Below, in pieces: positions 52,876 to 64,000 of a stretch of DNA of 64,000 nt. Below the pieces are notes generated by a model that was not told the origin of the DNA, searched no databases, and saw nothing but the letters and a program-made list of their open reading frames with translations. This stretch comes from Mytilus edulis (lineage: Eukaryota), in the NCBI RefSeq assembly GCF_963676685.1, contig NC_092351.1, forward strand, positions 27,962,001 through 28,026,000, given 5' to 3'. The translations under genes were made by a program, and so were the position numbers. Within the stretch, counting starts at the first letter, position 1. Each line of letters starts with the position of its first letter.

Positions 52876-54071
52876 TTATCAGTGGTAGGTTATTTTTCGA
52901 CATTCCTGTTTAGTAAAAATGATAGGTAATCAATATTCATCCATTTTAGATTTTCATATTACATAAGGAAATGCCTGTACTAATTAAGGAATATGACAAT
53001 TGATTTTCTTTCGTTTGAGGTGCTTAAGCTTATGATTTTGCCATTTGATAAAAAGGCTTTTTTTTGGGGGGGGGGGGGGGGGTCGGTATTTTTGTTGTTT
53101 CTCTTTTTATCAGTTGAATGAAATAGAAGTAGAACTTCAATTATCAATAGTATCATAATTACACCATAGAATATCGAACTTGTTCTTATGCCTAACAACA
53201 AGGTATGAATAGTGTCATTGTGTGCCCCTTTTCTACAAACTTCATATTCATCTTCAGTCTTGCAATGATTTCGCTACACGAAACAGATCAAATATTTAGA
53301 CTCAACAATTCATAAAACCATGTTTTCCTGAAGGGTATAAAGTTCTTCATTTACCAGTGCAACCTGCTTTGACAAACACTATTTATTGTGAGCTATTGAT
53401 TATTTTATCATATTCAATGTCAATGTTTTTTGACTACAAGTGAATAAAATTTCAAACATAACCATGTGCATGACATTTTGAAGATACAAGTTTTTAGGGA
53501 CATGAAAACATGACACGCGGTATTATGGGTCAGACATAGCTTCATACCATGACATGGATCAATGAATGATATAATGAATGCTGAAAATAGCGGTAGAAAA
53601 AAAGACGGAAATACGGCGGTAACAACGTTTCTTGTATTCCTTGATTTATTTCACTTGACGGGGCGGACTTTAACAGTTGGGTCATTATATACCAGTCACT
53701 CTATAGACAAGTGTTTTGGGATAAACTCATCAATGAAGTGTCCAGTTATGGTCATTGATTCGGATAAAATATGTAAACACTATATGTGTACTTGCAAAAT
53801 AAATAATGAGACGCAAGCATTAACTTTCTTGAAAAGCGAAGTTTAAAAACATGGAAAAATTGTCACATTTTGTAATATGTGGATATGAAAGTAAAACTAT
53901 AACAACAGCTGTTGCAAAATCTGCATATGACGTTATTCTATTATATTTTTGTGACACTAAAAGGTTATTAGAAATCAGTAATAATTATAACGGCAATCAC
54001 ACACATCTTCAAATAGACTGTTCTTATGAAACGTAAGCTTCGCCCGGTCAGTTGAAAACACATTGATAATA

Positions 54072-55470
54072 GACATGTTCACCATAAGCCGAAACCGAAA
54101 CGGATACCGATACCGATACCAAAAATAGTAGTGAGATAAATGGTAAATGTTTATAATGTTTAATTAACTCAACCATTTTACTCCATTATATTGTTTGAGA
54201 TTTTAATACACTAGATGGAGCATTGCTTCAATTCAACAATTTAACATGAATCTATCAAAAAATAAAGTTAAATTCAACGAATATTAAATACACTCATGCA
54301 AGTAATATACAATTGAGTTGTGGATACAAATTTATTTATGATGTAAATTAATCCTGTAAGTGTCGTCGAAGGGAAAGAACGGTTCATAGCTCTACAATAT
54401 ATGCAATATCTTATCGACTATAATTACTGGTGTGATTTTGCAATTGCCACTGTATTTCTAGATTGAAAAAGAAGAAACTAAACAAATGGTTAGTAAGATT
54501 GACATATTAAAAATGAAATTATCAAACTTACGAAAATATTAAGATTATTTTCAGCAAGAACTAATTAATAATTAATGATCAATTGACACATATAGACAAA
54601 CGTTACTTTTAAATAAAAGAACAACAACACATTGCAAAATGAAAATAAGAAAAGCTCTTTCATTAATTTCGTAAAATTCCACAGCTTTCTATTAATTAGA
54701 ACAAAAAGGCTAATGAAAATGCACACACTGATTTGTTATTTTGAATAGCTTCCCAATTCATTTGATGAAGAAAAGACTTTCGAGCCCAATTCACCTTAAT
54801 ATAGGTGCGATCGGTCCACAGGACATATTACCGTTTCCTGGTGATTGTTACTTAACAGATATCCATCTTAATATCCTATTGCAACACTGTGTACTATATG
54901 GCAGCTACGCAATCAAAGGCAATAATTCGTGATCAATGCATATTTGCACATGAATGAAAATTTATAAAATGATAGGTTCTCTTTGTAGACCCTGTCGGAA
55001 CAATATTGCATCTGTGGTTCAATATTATTTGCAGCTCTTTCCCTACGACGAAAAGCGTCATGATTAAAGTACATCATGAATAGATTGCATAAACATCTGA
55101 AAGTGTATATTAGTTGGATAAATGTATTCAATAATAGTTAAATTTAAAGATTTTTTGATAGATTATTGTGAATTGATGTATAAATTAATACTCCATCTAG
55201 TGTATTCAAATTTGAAACAATGTAGTAAAGTAAAAGGTTAATTAACATAATTAACATTTACCATTTACCTATTAACCTTTTGGATTATAGCTCTTCATCT
55301 TTTATATAAGCTTTGGAGTTCAAATATTTTGGCCACGAGCATCACTGAAGAGACATGTATTGTCGAAATGCGCATCTGGTGCAGGAAAATGGGTACCGTC
55401 AATTATATTAACAACTATTTTGGTTTCGGTATCGGTTTCGGTTTCGGTATCGGCTTATGGTGAACATGTC
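54072..55470. mobile_element. TIR element (~240-bp imperfect arms) with a retrozyme fragment inserted in the right arm
   Basis: gacatgttcaccataagccga / tcggcttatggtgaacatgtc, flanked by TAATA on both sides; ccga(a/t)a repeats. The segment ~55271-55409 has no mirror in the left arm. Confidence 0.85.
55339..55382 (+). ncRNA. Intact type I hammerhead ribozyme motif, family B
   Basis: gcatca-CTGAAGA-gaca tgtat tgtc-GAAA-tgcgca-TC-tggtgc: all core nucleotides present, 6-bp helix I, 4-bp helix II, palindromic helix III, AUC triplet (cleavage predicted 3' of 55376). Confidence 0.88.
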
Positions 55471-56159
55471 TAATACTATGGTACACTTTTAATTATAAGT
55501 TGTATCTTTTTTTGTCTATAGGCTAGGATTGGTAGTGAAGTAGTGTTTTTTTATTTAAGACATATAAGCAAATATCATACTGCTTTTTAAAATCTATGTT
55601 GCGGTGCATTCATTAAGTATTGAAATGATAATGATTGACATCTTTATTGATGTAATATCTGAAGTTTATAGACAAATGTTTAACAAAGCATCCACATTAT
55701 ACTATATTATAAGCGTTATCGATACTTAAATTGGAATGTCATTAAGGAAATAACATTTTATTTTAGAATTATTTTTGAAATGTCTTTTGTTTGTTGTTTT
55801 CTAGATTTCCCTGTAATGGCATTTAACAAATGGAACTTGAGTCCGGACACACAGTCAAGAGGAGAATTCAGATTTTCTAAATTATATGTAATTTGATTAA
55901 TTCAGTTCAGGATATTTTTTCTGGGTGCAGTATCAATAAACCGTAGATATGAGTATTACATAGTATAATGATTATAAACACCGTCATTTGTTTTTATTCT
56001 CGTGCAATATCACATCGGGTTTAATTAGATTATCCTAATTTATATGAAAGCATATCCACGTAATCTACAGTGGTCAAGAAATAACTTTCATATATAATAG
56101 CAAAATATGACATTCTTTCAACATTGGGAAAAATTATAAACAGCAATGAAAAGATAAAA

Positions 56160-56490
56160 TTAAGAATGGAAATGGGGAATATGTCAAAGAGACAACAACC
56201 CAAGCAACGAGCAGATAACAGCCGAAGGCCACAAATGGGTCTTCAACCCAGCCAGAAAATCCAGCACCCGGAGGTGGGCCTCAGCTGACCCATAAATAAA
56301 AATATATATTAGTTCATTGAAAATTGACGTCATAATAAACTCAAAAACATATGAATGACCTAAAATTTTTAAAAAAAAAACATACAAGACTAACAAAGAC
56401 AAGAGGCTCATAACTTAGGATAGGCGCAGAAATATGGCTGGGTTTAAAAATGTTTTTTTGAGATCTCAACACTCCCCTATACCTTTAGGC
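56160..56490. repeat. Dispersed repeat (gggtcttcaa..cagc.agaaa...gcacccgga family)
   Basis: Copies at ~2843-2925, 18860-19020 and 44680-44920. Confidence 0.7.
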
Positions 56491-57079
56491 AATGTAGAAT
56501 AAAGACAGTTAATAAAAATGATAACGATACCTAAATAAACAAAGGATTAATAGCATTCATACTGACAGGCAAGCTACAGATCGTAATTAAACTGATTCAA
56601 AGCTAATTTTTTAGATGAACTGTTACACCACTGCCAAGGTAAGGGAAGGGTTAGCGCAATTACAAGAGTTGAAACCCACCACATTATCTATGCGCCCCTC
56701 CCATTTCAGGATCCTGTAATTCAGTTATTGTCGTTTGTTTTGCTGTGTAACATATTTGTTTTTCGTTCATTATTTTGCACATAAATTAAGCCGGTATCCA
56801 TTTCTCGTTTGAAATGTTTTACATTTGTCATTTCGGGACCTTTTATCGCTGACTTTGCTGTATGGGCTCAGCTCATTGTTGAATGCCGTGGGTTGACCAA
56901 AAATTGTTAATTTCTGTGTCATTTTGTCTATTGCGGAATGTTGTCTCATTGGCAACCATACCATATCTAGGTATAGATAGGTAGATTAGCATAATACTTT
57001 TCATTCATTCTTTCAAATATAGCTAGTGTCCAGTAATTTGGCACAATGTAACGAAATAACGTCTTTTATGATTGAAAAT

Positions 57080-57410
57080 TTTCAAGAAAGGGTCTTTAGA
57101 TTTATCTATGAAGATTTGAACAGTTCATACGAAGAACTGCTAGAAAAGTCAAAATTACCGTCTTAAAAATAAGAAGAATAAAAGCTATTTCAACAGAAAC
57201 ATTAAAATAAAAGTCCAAGTTATCTTCATGATTTTGTTATTATTAAAATTCAGAAGTGTAATTTTAGATCAATAGAAACAGAAGATCTAGAGCCAGAACT
57301 TACGAGAGTCAGAACTACCAGGTATGGTTTAAGATCGTTTTACTATAATGCTTCACAAGTCTGAAATGAGCTGCCTCGCCACTGTCGAATGGATACATTT
57401 TTTACCAATT
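57080..57410 (+). pseudogene. Degraded 3' fragment of an L2/CR1-group LINE ORF2
   Basis: Reads QERVFRFIYEDLNSSYEELLEKSKLPS, then (frameshifted) RVRTTRYGLRSFYYNASQV*NELP, typical post-RT sequence. Confidence 0.65.
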
Positions 57411-57713
57411 CATGTGAATAAAAAAAAAATGTGTCCCCGTGCTTGTGGTGTATGCCCTTATATTTTTCAATTATAGGCTGTTTGCCTGTGAGAGAGCTTT
57501 CACGTGTTTATTATATCTTTTATTTGGATGGGAAGTTGTCTCATTGGCACTTATACCATATCTTCGTATATCTATAAAACATGGGATCCAAATAACAGCT
57601 TATGCCAGTGCAGTGTATGCATATAGTGCTTTTATGCTTACGTTTTAAGATTTATTTTATATTCTGTAGTATCAGCTGTGCTTATGTTTCTAACTTGTGC
57701 CACCTTTTATATA

Positions 57714-58449
57714 TGTAAGACTCAGATCGACATCCGGTCTCTAATGGACGTCCCTTCCTCAAATCGACGTCCAAATCTGGCATCACAATAAAATATCCTT
57801 CCAAATCTACGGCCATTTTTATGCCTATCTAATAGATGTCCATTTGTTGGAATCTCTTATCGACATCCATTTTTTAGCTTCTCTGATCAGCATCCGTTTT
57901 GGACACAGTATACAAAATTGGCCAGAACCTAGAGCAGCTGAAACCTTTAGACCTTTAAACATATTATGTGTGACAAAAAAAAAAGTTGTTTTTTTTAAAG
58001 ATGTATAACATTCTAGACTAAATATGTAAACAGGGTGTGATATCATATTTTATTTTTAGAGATTACTACTATGTAGATCGATTCGATTTAGACACTACTA
58101 TGCAGGTCGATTCGATTAACTTTAATGTGCACGATACCTATTTCGGGTTGAAAAACACTATATAGAAAGTATGTATAAATGTTTGAACCCTACAAAACAT
58201 GTACATGTATGAGTGTAAACAATTATAAAAAAATATTTATTGATATTGAACATCGATTAAAGACAACTACAATCAATCGGGCGTAGTTTTGTCAATACAT
58301 GCCGTGACATCGGACGTCGATTAGAGTATCAAAAAATTGGACGTCAATTTGAGAATGTGACAGTCAAATTTGGACGTGGATTTGAGAAACGGCCGTCAAT
58401 TTGAGAAACTGACGTTGAAAAGAGTACGGACGTCGGTCTGAGTCTAACA
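57714..58449. mobile_element. MITE with TA flanks
   Basis: ta|tgtaagactcagatcgacatccg ... cggacgtcggtctgagtctaaca|ta; ggacgtc subterminal repeats. Confidence 0.75.
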
Positions 58450-58759
58450 TAAATCTTACAATTCACTGTATATTCAAACTTAAATTGTTTTCATTCATTT
58501 TATATGTGTGTATAAATTTTGTTATTCAGTCGATTTGAAAAGCTCCCTTAAGCTTGTGTTTTTGTAGTTTATTGAATATCGACTTTAAACTTGAATTAAG
58601 ATTTGAATAATTTATTGTTCGGTCATTTGCTTCATATGGTTCTTTATGGACGGTCAAAGTATACAGAGTGTATTCTTGAATTCTTGGATAAGTTTTGTAT
58701 CACACAATTGTACCTTAACACATCCTGTTAGAAAAATGCGAGGTTCCCTGTTCATGTAA

Positions 58760-59760
58760 ATTCTTCATCGGCTGATTCAGTGCTGTCCACTACAACATCC
58801 AGAGTGTTCACCGACTGGGGTGATCAAGTCCTAGCCCGAAACTTCTTGGCTATCCATCCATGCCTCTACACTTTACTGTTTCCATTGCACAGAAATTTAC
58901 CGCAACATGCACATTGATGATGTCACTAACTTATGGCACAAGTTACCAATCAGTTTGCTTCTTTCACCTCCAACAAAACCAAGCGATTCTTATGCCTACC
59001 ACATAGACTTCCAACAAACCCTTTGCTTCCCACTCAAGGTAGAAATAACTAATTCCTCCATCCATTGTCTCTCCATTCTGCAAGTACGTCTTGATACTTT
59101 AATCTCTTTCTTTCGTTGGCATCTTCTATTCGTTCTTCCAATTGCACCTATAGTTTCAGCATAATTGCCTGTTTTGTTGAGGCTGACCAAATGACGATGT
59201 CAGGTTTGTGGCTGCAATCTGCGGCCGGAAATGTAACTTCTGCTTCAGATATACCAACATGTGTCAATCGGTTGCTGTTTCCAGTAAACCACTGCCTTCC
59301 ACACTCTTCTTCTGTCCCTTCTCTCCTTCGAATTCCTTTTTTTTTTAAAAGGCCAAAGGTACGGCCTTTATTGCTCTTTCTGGGCTTCCTGAAGTTTCTC
59401 TCTATGGTGTCTGCTAATGTTCACAATACCTTGTCGTGTTGCCATGTGTCTTTCAAAGCACTTAAGCATGAAAATAGTATATGGTCCACATTTGGTGGCT
59501 TACTGCAAAATACACACTTTATGTCATCTATCAAAGCCCATGTTGCTGGATTTGTTGGGTTTAGCAATACATCATATACCGATGATAGCTTGAACTGCAA
59601 CCTGTATGGCTTAAAAGAGGGACGAAAGATACCAGATCTCATTCTATCCTAACTTCAGCTGCCTTGTTCCTTCCCAGTTTTATCAGCTTCCTTGTTTCTT
59701 CACACTCACTGCCTTTATCAATCTACTTTCCTCTTCCTTTTTTCGTACCGTTCTCTTTAG
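58760..59760 (-). pseudogene. Relic of an RLE-bearing non-LTR retrotransposon (HERO-like, R2 group)
   Basis: CCHC region SVYDVL.NPTN..TW....KCVFCSK...DHIL.SC...L...WQHDKVL, then KPDIVIWSASTKQ..LKL*V.LEERIEDANERKRLKY...VGSKGF (PD-(D/E)xK restriction-like endonuclease) with stops. Confidence 0.8.
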
Positions 59761-60218
59761 CAGGTGTATTTTTTCTTCCACAGTTGCTGTTCTTAATTGT
59801 TCTCTAGATTTTACGTATCATATCTGAGTTAGTTTAAATTTCTCAACAATAATATCGAAAAACAACATTTTTTACTATATATTCTTCTAGTATTTCATGG
59901 TTAGTCTTATCAAAAGAATACTTAATGCACGAATTGAAATATCAAACTAATATTTAACTCGTGACCGAAATATACTGATAATTAAATCTTGCGCATACAG
60001 TATTGTTTTGTTCGGTCACTCGTTAATATTTTCCTAAATTTGAATATTTGTTATTCTATAAATCAAATTTAGATTTAGATCTTAAACGTTACATATAATA
60101 AGCTAACAATATGCAAATCAGGAATGAATTAGAAGATTCGTGTTTTGTCAGTCAATTAGACAGCAACCAAACAACAATTTTGTAAGATCATATCTGAGTT
60201 CGTTTTATTACCCCATAG

Positions 60219-60496
60219 AAAAATCTCAAAGACCAACGTGTGCTTAAACATCTCAAAGAAGATGGAAGAATGGAGACTGTAACAGATAAATTGGACAAAA
60301 TATGTCTGACAGCGCAAATGGCGGATGTGCTATTCTCATTTCAAGGTGAAAATGTACCACGCATACCAGCTCATAAAATGATCCTAGCTTTGAGAAGTCC
60401 AGTTTTCAAAGATATGTTTTATGGTAGCTTTCCACTACGTCAAGGTGAAATAAGGATCGAAGGTATCACATGGGATATATTTCGAATATTTTTGAA
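60219..60496 (+). CDS. BTB/POZ protein paralogue 3, BTB exon only (downstream exon not in window)
   Basis: cccatag| acceptor; IPAHKMILALRSPVFKDMFYG; phase-2 donor AA|gtgagt at the same position as paralogues 1 and 2; ATG at 60270. Confidence 0.8.
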
Positions 60497-62724
60497 GTGA
60501 GTAGTAGTCAATTGTCATTGTAACAAAGAATTAAACATGAAATTAATGTCGCCTTTGAAATGCTTGGTCTTAAAATATGTTGATACAACCAATCAAATGT
60601 AAAAATAATAATTGTGTGTAGTTACATACTGTTTCTTAATTTTATTTTATTCGATCATTTGTATCTTTTGGCAATACTGGGTTTCAAATTATACGGGTAC
60701 ATATACATTAAAACCTGTTTCATATTTTTTCTTCGAATTAAGTGGGTTTTTTTTAAATAAATATCCCACAGGGGAAAATAAGTCTAAAAAAACAAATTGT
60801 AGTGCATATTGCAATCAACTAAAAGTTGTATAGGAGTATAAATTAAAAACGATAGAATGTGTTAATGCTTTGCCAAAACATAGCATATAGTTTGATATGT
60901 TTAAAAATATAATAAAAATGATAAGTCACCGACATTGTTATGTAATTAAAAGCTAAACTAAAGGATAGAATTGTAAATTAAAAAACGAGAAGATTGCTTT
61001 TAGAAACTGCTTTGAAAATATCAAAAGAAAAGATAGGTTCACCGTGCTTTTTTATTACTAAAATATAAAAAAAAAATCTAGATTCCTTCAGAATATGCAC
61101 TTTTTCAGAGTTACCTTCTCTAAAAATTATACAATTTTTTAAATCACTAAAATTCAAGCAAAAAAAAAATATACGTTTGAAAATATATAAGACTTATAAG
61201 TTAAATTTTTATAAATGAAAATTCAGATTAGTTATCTGCATTGTTTATCAAAATTTGCTAATTTTAAACCTAGACCTTTGATATTCTATTATTTACAATC
61301 CAAGATGGAAAAAGACACCCATACTACCAACTTTCAAGCAAGGACCGAGCATGATAAACGCAGGACTTTGGGAACGTCCGGAGAGCCGACAACCTTTTTT
61401 TGGAAGTTGGCATACTACTCAACGACATTAATTTAATTACCTGAGTATTTGAGAATGCTTAGGCACAGTGTACAAGCGGACAGTGACACAAAACGGAAGT
61501 TGCTGATCTGTCCGACGGCGATCGGCTCGTGGTTTTTAAAAAAAATATAGAATATCAACACAAAGTGTCCCATAATGGATTGTTCAGCAGCTCAAGGTAA
61601 GTGAATAACTACAATGATGTATTTTTGACCATTTAAAGCTTATTTTATGCTTTTAGCATCAACCGTCTTTTTAAAATAACTCCTGATCATGAAGAGGGGT
61701 CAAAATTTTGCGATTTTTCGAGTCATAAATCTTAACAAAACTCCGAAAATTCAAACATTTTCAAGATTTTTAATCGATACATAGTTGAATAATCATATTC
61801 CGCATACACACACAAAAGTTTGGTTCATTTTTTTTTTATTATATTGTCACAATTGAATCTTTTCTATTCAAAGTGTACTGTCCGCCTCGTTGCCACCGTA
61901 TGTTTTCATACTGTCCGATTCGTTGGTCATATTCATGATCGATATCTTAAGCAAAAGTAAGATTGAAACATGCAATTTATCCACATTCATGACCGATTTC
62001 CTAGGAAATATCAACATTTATAAAATGTTACTGATTATTACATATAAAAAGCATTGTTAATGCATGCACATGAAAATTTAATATACGTTTCTCTAGTTTG
62101 TTTTAGGAAAATGGGGCACGTAGGTGATTTTTATGGTATATTTATTCATACATTCATGTGGAACATTGTTATTTTTATCACTTAAAAACATAAATAGGGG
62201 TAATAACTTTTCATGAAAAATACAACCATGCAACAAAAGTTATTTCTAGGCCTTTTATAGCTGACTATGCGGTATGGGCTTTGCTCATTGTTGAAGGCCG
62301 TACGGTGACCTATAGTTGTTCATTTCTGTGTCATTTAATTTGTTCTCTTGTTTAGAGTTGTCTCATTGGCAATTACACCAAATCTTCTTTTTTATATTCA
62401 TAAACGTTTGACACAGAAAATCAAAACAATAGTTTTTTACACCCAGTTTGCGTCTTATTTCACCAATAATCAAACAAATCTCATGGCTTGGAATTCAAGT
62501 CAAAAAGAATCAATTGAAAAGTTACGGTGTACTTGAATGGTCCATGAGTTTGTTTTCCTATTGCCTTAGTAGAGGTAAGAATACTTATATACACACATTT
62601 AACATGAAGTATGCGGTGAAGCCTTTCTTGTTAAATTTTTTATCATAACTTGATCACGGATGCAAAGTAAGAGCGTATTTTCCTTTTGAAATGTCTGTGA
62701 AGAAAAGGACACGATAATTTTAAA

Positions 62725-63123
62725 TTATTACATGGCATTTTCCATATCAACCCTGGTATCAGCCCTAGACTTCCATATCAAGCCAGAGGGCTTTAGCCCG
62801 AGGGCTTGATATGGGTCGAAGGCTGAAACCAGGGCCGATATGTAAAATGACATGTCATGATCTATTTATCACATATTTCCAAGTTTACTGGGGCTGATAT
62901 GGATTTTCAAAAGCTAATATCGATTCTCAAGGGCTGATATCGATTTTCAAAGGCTGATATCGATTTCAAGGGCTGATATCAATTTTCAGGGGCTGATATG
63001 GATTTTCGGGGGCTGATATGGATTTTCGGGGGCTGATATGGATATTGGAAAATAGCCAACTTTAACTTCCTGCTTTATCTGACCATGCAAAAGCATACAT
63101 ATCAGTTCAAAATGTGTGATAAA
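62725..63123. mobile_element. Non-autonomous element with terminal palindrome, asymmetric IR and 20-bp tandem array (Crypton-like architecture)
   Basis: Palindrome ~62725-62860 centred on gggctttagccc; tttatcacata (62865) / tgtgtgataaa (63113-63123); ~8 copies of ggctgatat(g/c)gattttc at 62892-63048. Confidence 0.6.
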
Positions 63124-63459
63124 AATATATATAAATGCTTTGATAATTATGCTGAACGATTGATCAAATATAAATCAATGAAGTTATCAAATATTATTAT
63201 GTTCTAAACATTACACGCCGTATACCAACATGGCATAAGCTGAACAAAAACGGGCGTGGGCCCCCAGACCATCCTTATCGGTTTTAATTTCATTTAAAAT
63301 TTACAGAGATTGCGAGTCAACTTGTTTTGTGTCCGCTCCTCCATTCTTGATGCAAACATTAGTGGGACCCCTTTTATTTTTATAAAATCTGGATCCGCCT
63401 CTTATTGGTCATATGCTTTAAGTAAATCTTTTATGACCATATCTAAATCTATATCTTGA

Positions 63460-63548
63460 TTGTAACCTGCGTCATCGAAGTGAAAGAAAGTCTCGTAACC
63501 GCTATACTTCGTCATTCACTCCGTCCGTCCGTCCGTCTGTCCGTCAAT
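63460..63548. repeat. HINE-like terminus with (GTCC)n microsatellite
   Basis: tccgtccgtccgtccgtctgtccgtc preceded by a short non-repetitive head. Confidence 0.4.
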
Positions 63549-64000
63549 TATATTTTTGATTTACTGTTTTCATTTTTTCAAAAAGTATTGGCAGCAATTG
63601 CCGCATTTCTTCAATATCAGAGTCAATGTAATTGTCATCCGATATAGAAAGATCCAAAAGTTCTCTCGACAGATCTGCATCGATATCGAAAAATGATTTA
63701 TTCTTGTCTCCTTCAGTTTCCATTTCTTCGTCTGTCTGTTCCTTGAGGTCATGAGAAATATCAGATTTGCGGGGTGTTGATGTGGAGATTTTTTGTCTTT
63801 TTGCAACTGGGCTTCCAATTTCATGCGAGTTATCATTTTCAATTTCAAAAAGAGTGCTTGCTGTTTCCAAAAGATCACATGTTTTTCCTATATTAAGAGT
63901 TTCCTTATAATTGTCACTATGTATGTAATAACCATCCTTTTGTAGTTGGTTTGGTATAACACAAAAGTTTTTCGTCTGAAGAATGCATTTATTTTGAATA

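Noticed and set aside
53066-53082. G17 homopolymer (possible G-quadruplex)
   Set aside because: Lies within a decayed dispersed repeat; no evidence of function, and homopolymer length is error-prone.
59116-59652. 178-aa plus-strand ORF
   Set aside because: Antisense to the HERO-like relic; the recognisable motifs are on the minus strand.
60840-62200. Additional TIR-element fragments in the intron of paralogue 3 (tcaccg motifs like those at 9.7-10.3 kb)
   Set aside because: Termini could not be defined with confidence by eye.

Overview
AT-rich, repeat-dense eukaryotic DNA with spliceosomal introns. The repeat families suggest a bivalve mollusc, probably Mytilus-like (inference, not verified). 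The host genes are three tandem + strand BTB/POZ-BACK paralogues (about 23.8-26.3 kb, 41.2-43.9 kb, and one exon at 60.2-60.5 kb). Each is preceded 7.6-10.8 kb upstream by a paralogous non-coding block. Almost everything else is mobile DNA: an apparently intact, intron-containing Crypton-type tyrosine-recombinase transposon (36.5-39.2 kb); a young 5'-truncated L2/CR1-group LINE with a 10-bp TSD; Penelope-like RT remnants with no C-terminal endonuclease; a HERO/R2-group relic; many MITEs; and Helentron/HINE-like repeats. The most interesting signals are non-coding. (i) About ten type I hammerhead-ribozyme motifs (intact or decayed) in at least three covarying retrozyme-like families. (ii) A ~458-nt unit that places a hammerhead-like core directly upstream of a tRNA-derived Pol III promoter. 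(iii) lox-like and internal copies of a 12-13-bp arm in the Crypton, plus non-autonomous elements with the same hairpin-plus-short-IR architecture. All coordinates were counted by eye and no database searches were run.
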